From Octopus bimaculoides (Eukaryota): 44,400 nt of DNA. A program made the translations under genes and the position numbers. The notes under the pieces were generated by a model that was not told where the DNA came from, made no database searches, and worked only from the letters and a program-made list of their open reading frames with translations. The DNA is taken from assembly GCF_001194135.2 (NCBI RefSeq), contig NC_068984.1, forward strand, positions 129,136,521-129,180,920, read 5' to 3'. Shown piece by piece: positions 33,824-44,400 of this stretch. Within the stretch, counting starts at the first letter, position 1; every line of letters begins with the position of its first letter.

Positions 33824-34101
33824 ACATGGCACTGGTTTTTTATCCCGTGAGCAATGTGTCACTTGCCATTACACAATACTACCTACATGATTCCCACTAT
33901 AAAACACTAAATCGTATACCTGATAGTAATATGTACTATCCACCCGTATTGCCTCCGGAACAAGGTCTCTCACAGACACGCCAAAAGACCCGAGGCCGAC
34001 GAGGCCCTTCAATTCTTTAACTGCTCACCTAAGAGAAGATAACTCCATACAAATACTGCATCCTGATAATTACTGGGCTCGTGGCACTTGGTACACTATA
34101 C

Positions 34102-34398
34102 CAGTGGTTTTCAAACTGTGGTCCGCGGACCACAGGGGGTCCGCAAGGACAAGACAGGGGGTCCGTGAACAGCAAATACTTTTTATGGGCAATTTGATTT
34201 TATATATGGTTTTTAATCGATATATTTTAATTGACAATAAACCTATTTGTTAAATACTGTTAAATAAACAAATGTAAAAATATATGTTATTTTAAGCAAA
34301 TATTTATGTATAAATTTCATAAGCGTTTATAAGGGGGTCCCTAAGGCAAAGCCTGAAATATAAAGGGGTCCGCAAGTCAAAAAGTTTGAAAACCCCTG
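34102..34398. mobile_element. hAT/Charlie-type MITE (297 bp)
   Basis: 16-bp TIRs CAGTGGTTTTCAAACT and AGTTTGAAAACCCCTG (15/16 complementary), an 8-bp TSD CACTATAC/CACTAGAC, and repeated subterminal GGGGTCC motifs. Confidence 0.95.
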
Positions 34399-35694
34399 CA
34401 CTAGACCAATACACGTTCGAGAGTCGAAAGACTGGGACGGGGACTGCACAAACGATATCCACTTCAACAATATTCATTGCGCTGGTGTTCAGCAAACCAA
34501 GGCGCCAATAGTAATGTCATAACATTTTCTTTATAAGTCCAGAAGCGATAGGGAAAGGGGTGACAAGGTCAAATAGAGGAAGTTTTCAGCTTTGACCCAG
34601 CACACAGGTGGCCATAAGGTGATGGTCGTTTTCTACAGGCCGTGTCTTGCTGAACTCTCATTCGTCGAAGCGAAGAGAGGGTCCACCATCACCATTGTCC
34701 ACCAGTATACTATTATGTGTCATCTCTCCATATAACACTGTGTATTATAATACTGTAAATATAATAACACACAGTACTAAGTAACTGTTCCTTATACAAC
34801 ACTATGTAACTTCTATTTTCCTTTACACAGTACCTCTCTGTGTACCACTTGTCTCTCTCTATACTAAAGTAGATACGTTCTGTGTATTGTTGTGTATTGT
34901 AGTGTTCTAATCTTTCTATACTGTACTATATATAATCTCTCTACGCAAGTACAATGTATTTATTATTTCTATACTGTGCTTTTTATATTCTCCCCGTATT
35001 GTACAGAATATATTCTCGTCTCTTCATAAATTAATGCCCATCCTCTCTCTAGGCTGCATTGTACACCAGCTCTGTGTGTTGCATTGAGTATTTTCTCTCA
35101 AGGCTGTATTCTATACCATTTCTAAATACAATATTGCCTATCTTCTCCTATTCTCACTCTCTCTCTCTCTTTCTCTTTCTCCCTCTCTCTCTCTATCTTT
35201 TTTCTTTCAGTGAATTGCATACCATCGTCCTGTACTGTACTGTAGGCCTTCTCTCTAGGCTACGTTGGCATATGATCACTCAGTACACTAATCTTACTAA
35301 CTTTATCATCCCACAATATAATCATACCTCTTTCTTAAGTTTTAATTAAGCTGTACTGTGAATTTTTATCTATACGACGTTGCGAATGATCTATTTCTAT
35401 CATTTATATGTACAATATTGTGTATGTTATTGTTGTAGTAGTTCTTAATTTCTCAACGAATTTCAGTGAAAATTAATCTGAAGAAATACATTTTTTTCCT
35501 GTTTGGTTTTCTAGAAAATATTAAATGATATATGTGTGTATGTATGTGTGCGCGCACGTATATTTGTGTATATGTGTGCATACGTCTATGTACGTATGTA
35601 TGTGTGTCTACGTGTGTGCGCATTTAGAAATATAATATAGAAGACTTCAAGTACAATAAAAATAATAAAGACATTTGCAAACCGACATATATTG

Positions 35695-35790
35695 TTGCTG
35701 CTGTGACTGCGGTGGCTTCAGTTTCAATGGCTGCTGCTGCTGCTGCTGTTGTTGTGACTGTTGCTGCTGCTGTTGTTGTTGTTTTTTTTT
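35695..35790. repeat. Degenerate (GCT)/(GTT) trinucleotide repeat
   Basis: Direct inspection. Confidence 0.9.
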
Positions 35791-37445
35791 TCAGCCCTTA
35801 TCGAGAAGGCCTATGATCAATGGCATTGCAACCGTTTTGTATTTAGATATAAGTATGTTTACGACTTCATTATCCAGGTGTGACCTTTTTAATAAGCGGA
35901 CAAGTTATGATGTGAGGGAGGTTTAGCTACTATGTCTAGGTAGTCGAGCGACCATACAGTAGCTAGAAACGAACACAAGATATTGTATTTGAGAATAATG
36001 TATTAGATGGGCGGAGGTGATGATAACATAGGTCAATAAATACGTGAACTGAATCTACAACCAGTATCATTTCCAAGGAGAAGCCAATTAATTTACTTTA
36101 CACTCGCTAATACTCTTCAGAAATGTATGAACATCACAGAATCTTGATTTCCTCTTCTATGATATTAGCCACACAAAAAATCGTATGTCAACAACAGCGA
36201 ATATAAATTGAGATCTGTTTGTTTTTTATTTATTTTGTAGTTATATACGGTGGTGGATATTGGACTAATCTTCTTATACAAGAAACTTTATTTTGACTGG
36301 GAAATACAAGCTAAAAGCAGTCGCTATAGAAACATTCAGAAACTTTTGAAGTGATTATTTACTCTTCTTATTCGGATATCACCTAAACTTACAAATAAAT
36401 ATTGGATCTGTTTGATAAAATGGTTAGTCTATCACTATATTTAGATATAATACAACAGTTTAGTCTGATTCTATATTAGAATATCTTTTTTATGGTCTCC
36501 ACTCTTTATTGCAGCTGACTGGTTTTTAGCAGAAGTTCTTTTTTATTAAAGTAAGTCAAGAAGAAATAAACACGAGTGAGCCGACTCCTTGATACACAAT
36601 AAATATTCTGATATAGAAATTTTCTTATATTTAAGTGGATAATGTCCGAGTAAAATGTATGAATTTCATACATACCTATATGTTGCTATGTAACCAACGT
36701 CTTGGCCCTGATCTTTTTAAATTATTATAAGCTACGAGAAATTCTTAGCTGTATCCTACTCTGATTATCATCGCTTATGATAACGCAAATCTATTGCAGC
36801 TTCTTTAGGTGGGGTTTTTTTTTCGGTTTTATTAAAATCTTATTTTTATTTTATTTATTGTTTCCTGTTATCAATAATTATTAGAATCACATCCTCGGGA
36901 GAGGTTTCAAAAGAGTTAAAGTGTCATTTAGCGTTTTTTAGGCAAAATGGAAGGGAAAATATAATTTTCTACTTCAACAGTAATGATTTGAGCGTATAGT
37001 TTTCTCACAGGTCTTTTCTCTCGCAAGAATTTAAAAAATGATAATTACCACACATCAAAGTAGTTTCAAACTAATAGTTCTAAAAATGCTTTAGCATATT
37101 TTTCACAGTGAGGTTTTTTTCACCTTCTCTATCTGTCCTCTTCCAGCTATATATTCCTGACACTACAGCTTTTTATAAGGCCAAGCAAGAGGCATGAAAT
37201 TTTGAAAGTGCCAGTTTCTCATTTTAATTCTGGTTATATCAGGATTTTTATCGAAATTTTATCAAATAGTAAAATGATTGTCGGTAATTGGTCAAAGGAT
37301 GCGAAAACTATTAGCATTATGTAATTGAAAAATTCTGTTTTAGTAATTATGTTGGGATGAAAGAAAATCTAAATATAAACATATTCAATTCGTAAACACT
37401 AAGGTGAATATAAACATTCTTTATTAATGTATAATAATAATAATA

Positions 37446-37808
<363 letters not shown>

Positions 37809-39259
37809 TTACAAAGTTATGTATCCATTTGGCTGTAAATCACTCAAGGACATCAGGAAAATCATCAAAAGCAATGTACGGACATGCAAACTTCACTTTC
37901 CAGAATTCGTTGTAACAATTCTTAACATGTGTATATAAAAACAATAGAAATAAAATTGATGTCACCACACTTGAGTATGATAAAACAATCAGGGCGAATG
38001 CTATAAGAGGAAGCCCGCAACGGAAAACAAATGTTAATGAAAGTTTTAGATTAGCTTTGGTTATCATTGTTTTTTTTAATTTTGTTAAACAAATATAATA
38101 TTGTATAATATGGCAATTATCAGACGAAGACAATGGACTGCTGGGTTGACAGCAATTGGATGAATGTATCAACTGAATGGATGGGATTCGTTCAGTTTCC
38201 GTGTTTATTCTATTTCGTTTTATAATTACCTGAAGAAGAATACAAAAGAAAAGTATTGTTAGTCACAACAGTACTTAACAAACAACTACCTTCTCATTTA
38301 TAGCTTTATACGCAAATATAAATATCTACACATTTACACTCAAAACTACATACAAACACGCATATATATATTACACTCTCTACGCACCTTATACAGGCAA
38401 GCATTGAGCATTCTGCATCTCTGCAACAAAATAAAATATATTGAGACATATTTCTTAATAATATAATAGAAATTACGCTCGCGCATCTGGTAGCGCTCAT
38501 TGGCGTAGAAGGAGGGAGTGCAGTTTCAGTTCTAAGGTTTGTATTCTTCATGGTAAGGTGGTGAATTCCATTCTGACAACTCCATGATGTGGCAACTTAG
38601 ATTCTCCCAACTGAATAAAATAGGTTTGTCGAGTCACTAAATACCTTCCGAGCTTCTAAAGAACTCAAGCTTGTAGGAAATCTTGTCTGAGAAGAAATAT
38701 TTATGTTCATATCAACATTTCATATTTGCATGCTTCACATATATGTTGAATATATCTCAGGCCAATGCATCAAATCACTACATAAACTTGCATATATGCA
38801 TGTTTCTGTGTGTGTGTGCGTGCGTACGTGCGTTTGTACGTATATATTTGTCTACATATGAATATATATTTGTATTTATGTACGTACGCATGCATGTAAA
38901 AAAATCATAGCCGTTATTTGCAAACGAACATGACCTTGTAACATTTAACATGCTTTCATAAATTGTTTCAGGTTACTATGTAGTCGTGAACAAACAAAGA
39001 CACCCTCACGGACCTCCTAGCCTTGAGCGTCGGGTTGAGAATGTGAAGCGTTCTTTTGTTGGTTATTCTGTATTTTATGTTGGGGATGGGTGAAAGTTGT
39101 CGGGGTATTCATTAAGTTCCAAAATTGTTTGGGAACGCGCAGTGTAAATGGCTTCATCGGCACTGCTATATTTGTTAAAAATGCAAACAAATTCATTTTG
39201 GATGGAGTTGTGGAAGGTTGATTTAAAGTGCGCGAATTGCTTCTTTAAACTAATACATT

Positions 39260-39660
39260 TCAGCAAGCCTATTACTGTCATTCAAAAAACCATTCGCAAA
39301 GAGAAACCTAATCCTCCTTGCATCGAGTCTTTGCAAAAGAAAACAACTTTCCGAGAACATGTGTGCACCAACAGACTGATTTATCCGTAGTACAAACATA
39401 TATCTATACGCTTATATATATAGCGTACCAAATAAAATGTGATAAACGCGGATACCACTGTATTGGCAGTGCAACCGGAAAACTCTGCACTCGAATTAAA
39501 GAACACCTACCCACATGTAATTCCTCGAACAAGAAACACTTTGATAAATTCAGTAACCATGAACATTGGTAACATGAGACTCAAGAAACTATTCTCATCA
39601 AGTGGCATAAATCAGAAAACAACATAACTGAAACAATGACACGAAAATGGCTCTTCTAAG
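39260..39660 (+). mobile_element. Penelope-like element GIY-YIG endonuclease relic
   Basis: AYQIKCDKRGYHCIGSATGKLCTRIKEHLPTCNSSNKKHF matches VY.I.C..C...YIG.T.R.L..RIKEH.....S....H, and a later frameshifted segment reads RL..(E)TILIKWHK. Confidence 0.75.
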
Positions 39661-40897
39661 TACCTTGCTTCACCTACCGTACGTCTACTCATTTTTTCTT
39701 ATCTTTTAAACTCATTTCTCACACATCACTACAATATATTTTACTAAATCTAATAGCAAAGACATTCTCAAAATAAGTTACCTACAGATCTAACTTTACC
39801 TTAAAGGTCAGCAATTGTTAAGTGGCCTTTCCCACCACTCCCTCACACACCTACATTAACTTGTCATACCATGTCACTAACCATGGCTGCTGCCACGCTC
39901 CATACTACTTCCTGCTACTGATACTACCTATCTTAACCAATCACAATTATAGGTACAGTATTTATCAATGCTTACATTTCAACGTACTCCACCGATAATA
40001 ATACATTTCTCCGCACTGATTATTTTCTTCTATATGAAAAGGGGAACTTTTCCCGAAATAATATAGGACCATCGAACAACCTATGAAATACAATATCTTT
40101 TCTCTTCAGCTTCATTTATTGATATTACCTTACATATTCTGCCTAACTCTTTGCCTGTATTGTTCAAAGTCTTTTTTTTTAAACATTTATCTCATTTACG
40201 CATGTGTGTATGTATGTATGTGTGTGTATGTATGAATATATATATATATGTGTGTATATATATTTATGTTTGTATATATACATACACACATACATACATA
40301 GTCTGTACAATGAAAATTTATTTTTCACTGTAACATTATCAAAGACTTGCATTTTCAATTAGCTGGACCACATTTCTGCCAATAACGTCTGTTAACTTAC
40401 CACTAAACATTCATTTAACCATACAGAAATAAAATATAGTCCAAAGAAATTTGAGAGTGTCTGTCAGAAAAGAAAAGACTTATAAAATTCATGACTTACA
40501 CGCTATGACGAGAAATAATTTCTTTTGATTCTTTCGCTTAAAATATCAACAGCTTGATTTTAGCGAGTAAAAGCAGAAAATGTTAACGCCACCATAAAAG
40601 AAGACATTTCAAGTACGCGGTATCACCTGTCTCAAACAAGTAATACAGAGAAAAGTGGCTTTTAACGATATAAAAGAAAGTAATGTCTATTGACTGACGA
40701 GGAAAAGATGGACGCAAATGAAATAAAGGCCTTTCAGTGCTTACTCCTAACGTAACATCATATATAACACGCCACTCTGGTTCAGAAAGGCTTTTCATCA
40801 TATATGACACTATACCTGTCATTTTTTGGACTAAATTTTGAAAACAAAAGATATATTTCTTGCTGGGAACAAAGCTTCTAAAATGGATGGGGAAATT

Positions 40898-40968
40898 CGA
40901 AGGATTCTTCAATGGTAGAACATCTGTTATGTTTACAAAAGGTGTGCGTTCGAGTCGCGCGAGCAGCT
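40898..40968 (+). pseudogene. tRNA-like relic (tRNA pseudogene or SINE head)
   Basis: Intact T-arm GTGCG-TTCGAGT-CGCGC, D-loop-like TCAATGGTAGAAC and cloverleaf-like spacing. The acceptor stem and anticodon loop are broken. Confidence 0.45.
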
Positions 40969-41529
40969 TTCGACTTCTTTTCAGCCAATAGTTAACCCAA
41001 TAATTACACGGTACAGTAGCTTTATCTGCATCGCGTTCCGCCGTTAAAAGAAAAGATAATGATAACGTACATATAGCAGCTTGGTATTAAAAGACTATGC
41101 ATTCCATTTTGGTAATATCCTCAACACTTATATTTAGCTAAGATATTTGCTCATAATAGCGAAGTGATATGTTGAGAAAGACAGGAGTGTGGAGCAATTA
41201 TAGTTCCAAGAGAAGTTAGTTTCCATAACTCTTTTTAACATAGAAATCGATATAAGCAATGTATTTCTCTTTCGCGTCCATGTTTATTCTAGTTTTCCAG
41301 AAGTCACAATGTCATTCACATGCATAGATTATCATTGTGCTGTAGGTGATTTTACTAGCACATAGTTCTACTGAGCTTTTTGTCTCACTCACTCCAATAG
41401 CTCTCTTTCTCCTCTTCATACACACACACACATACACACAGAACAGACATATATGTGTGTGTACATATATATATGCATATATATATATATATATGCATGC
41501 ATGTATGTATGTATGTATGTATATATACT

Positions 41530-41714
41530 TTTATTTTTTTATTTGTTGCAGTCATTTGACTGCGGCCATGCTGGAACACCGTCTTTAGTCGAACAAATCG
41601 ACCCCCCCAGGACTTATTCTTTGTTAGCCCAGTACTTATTCTATCTGTCTCTTTTCCCGAACCGCTAAACACACCAACATCGGTTGTCAAGCGATGGTGG
41701 GGGTACAAACACAG

Positions 41715-41757
<43 letters not shown>

Positions 41758-41769
41758 CACACATATATA
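41530..41769 (-). mobile_element. Family A SINE 3' half
   Basis: cagtcatttgactgcggccatgctggaacaccg...gacttattctttg...ccgaaccgctaa..catcggttgtcaagcgatgg, then (CA)n and a gap. Confidence 0.92.
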
Positions 41770-42571
41770 NNNNNNNNNNNNNNNNNNNNNNNNNNNNNNN
41801 NNNNNNNNNNNNNNNNNNNNNNNNNNNNNNNNNNNNNNNNNNNNNNNNNNNNNNNNNNNNNNNNNNNNNNNNNNNNNNNNNNNNNNNNNNNNNNNNNNNN
41901 NNNNNNNNNNNNNNNNNNNNNNNNNNNNNNNNNNNNNNNNNNNNNNNNNNNNNNNNNNNNNNNNNNNNNNNNNNNNNNNNNNNNNNNNNNNNNNNNNNNN
42001 NNNNNNNNNNNNNNNNNNNNNNNNNNNNNNNNNNNNNNNNNNNNNNNNNNNNNNNNNNNNNNNNNNNNNNNNNNNNNNNNNNNNNNNNNNNNNNNNNNNN
42101 NNNNNNNNNNNNNNNNNNNNNNNNNNNNNNNNNNNNNNNNNNNNNNNNNNNNNNNNNNNNNNNNNNNNNNNNNNNNNNNNNNNNNNNNNNNNNNNNNNNN
42201 NNNNNNNNNNNNNNNNNNNNNNNNNNNNNNNNNNNNNNNNNNNNNNNNNNNNNNNNNNNNNNNNNNNNNNNNNNNNNNNNNNNNNNNNNNNNNNNNNNNN
42301 NNNNNNNNNNNNNNNNNNNNNNNNNNNNNNNNNNNNNNNNNNNNNNNNNNNNNNNNNNNNNNNNNNNNNNNNNNNNNNNNNNNNNNNNNNNNNNNNNNNN
42401 NNNNNNNNNNNNNNNNNNNNNNNNNNNNNNNNNNNNNNNNNNNNNNNNNNNNNNNNNNNNNNNNNNNNNNNNNNNNNNNNNNNNNNNNNNNNNNNNNNNN
42501 NNNNNNNNNNNNNNNNNNNNNNNNNNNNNNNNNNNNNNNNNNNNNNNNNNNNNNNNNNNNNNNNNNNNNNN
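41770..42571. other. Assembly gap (N-run)
   Basis: Run of N. Confidence 1.
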
Positions 42572-43414
42572 TATATATATATATATATATATATATGTGC
42601 ATGCACACACCCTCTCATACATTTTGATAAACAGGATGATTTACACATACCTAAAGAGGCCGAGCAGTTGACGCTAAACAAGCGTACTTATAGAGTTTTG
42701 AATTAATGTATTCAAACTAACTGTTTTGACTGAATTTTGAACACACGAGACGTAAAAAAAAAAAGACGAATAACACAAAGCAAAATAAAATTAAAAAAAC
42801 AAAAATTCGTTCATACAGTGATATATTGATTTTCCTATTAGCCTGGTCTTTCAAAAGGCCATTGTTTACGAATATATTATAAGGAAAAATACACATAATA
42901 GAAACATTTTTTAAAAAATGAGATATTGTTTTAAAAGGCATTGTTTTTGTTTGTTTACGGGAAATGACAAAATGTTCTTGTCTGCTAAACAAGCGTTTCT
43001 TTAATGTTCATACACTAAATTGCATCACAGATTCACTAAATATTGTCTGTATTAAGATGATTTATGCATCAACAGTTGGTAAATATTCCTTGTTTGGTAG
43101 CATTACATTTCGTTGCTTTCCAACACAGCAAACTGTTTGCATACTAACGATTTCATTATTCAAACTTCTTTTTGTCTCGCATTTATTTCTTGGCACCTGC
43201 CTCATAGTACTATGTCTGCAGCAGTCTGTTCTTAGACATTTGATGTCAAATCAAAAATAAAATCGAGTCATTTACGCTTTAAGAATTTGACTGATGCTTA
43301 AAATTTGTGACGTAATCTTACTGCTACTAATATTTTCATATATACTTCGCAGTTAGTTAGTCGATACTGTTCTGTTCTCTTAACTACATACGATCAATTG
43401 AAACATGTAAGAAG

Positions 43415-43420
43415 CATATA

Positions 43421-43474
<54 letters not shown>

Positions 43475-43935
43475 NNNNNNNNNNNNNNNNNNNNNNNNNN
43501 NNNNNNNNNNNNNNNNNNNTATACATATATATATATATATATATATACATATATATATACGCACATATATATATATACGTATATATGTGCATGTATATAT
43601 ATGTATATATACATACATATATACATATATGTATATATATATATATACGTATATATATATATGTATATATGTATATATATGTTTGTGTATAAGCATATAT
43701 ATCTATGTATGAATAAATATGTGTAGGCAAGGACGTATATGTATATATACATATGAATATATATATATATTTGTGTGTGTGTGAATGTATGTATTCATAT
43801 ATCTGTGTGGGGTGCGTGGGGGTATTTGTGTATGTGTGTGTGTGTGTGTGTGTATGTATGTGAATGTATGTATTCATATGTTTGTGTGTATGCGTGTGTG
43901 TGGTGTGTGTGTGTGTGCGTGCGTACGAGCGCGCG
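43415..43935. repeat. Compound (TA)/(TACA)/(TG) microsatellite block including an N-gap at 43475-43519
   Basis: Direct inspection. Confidence 0.95.
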
Positions 43936-44400
43936 CGCATATAAAATATCTTATTTTATAAAATGTTAACACTATGTGAACGAACATGTTTCTCATATTT
44001 TTTTTATATTCCTAATCTTTATAATTGATTTTCTTTACGTTTTGCATCAGAGGAGGAGTAAAGGTATTGGTGTAAATTCCATTTTATTATTGATCGCATT
44101 TATCGATCTCACAGAGATATCAGATAATAATCGACAAGAAAAGCAGTTAAATTTGGAATGTGTAAAGTCAGTTAAAAATTGTAAACTATTTAAACCAACG
44201 CTATGCAGTCTCTGCCAAGTTATTGCTCTACTTTAAATTCATGAATGCTGTCTCTGCCAACCGTGTTATTTATTATTACTGACCAGAAGTGTAGAAACAA
44301 TTGACATTCAGTTTTTGTATTATTTTTACCAGGTGATGAAAACAGTATTTCGGATCACGTACACCTCACCAGTCTCAGAGGTTCGACGAAAATCATATAT

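Noticed and set aside
35660-35790. Minus-strand mixed CAA/CAG polyglutamine tract as a coding exon
   Set aside because: There is an in-frame TGA immediately upstream with no AG acceptor between, and a stop soon after. Degenerate trinucleotide repeats are common in this window.
37840-38172. 110-aa hydrophobic ORF on the minus strand
   Set aside because: No recognisable motif; hydrophobicity is expected from T-rich codons.
40898-40968. Functional tRNA gene
   Set aside because: The acceptor stem does not pair and the anticodon loop lacks U33 and purine 37; kept only as a relic.

Overview
AT-rich eukaryotic draft-assembly DNA with nine N-gaps and very dense microsatellites. The tRNA-derived SINE families and the microsatellite load resemble an octopus (coleoid cephalopod) genome; this is inference from recalled repeat sequences, not a database result. 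No host protein-coding gene, rRNA, functional tRNA or CRISPR array could be supported, so the window looks intergenic or deep-intronic. Nearly all ORFs in the supplied track are artefacts of microsatellites or N-runs. What can be supported is a transposon graveyard: three SINE families, LINE relics (CR1-like, RTE, REL-endonuclease type), an ORF1/gag-like zinc-knuckle element with no visible pol, Penelope-like (PLE) relics, mariner relics, a mariner MITE, a hAT/Charlie MITE with an 8-bp TSD, and a 395-bp foldback. The most interesting signal is a set of hammerhead-ribozyme-like motifs. One folds well (23687-23732, minus strand) and has a second variant upstream on the same strand, with predicted cleavage sites 277 nt apart. 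All alignments and folds were done by eye.
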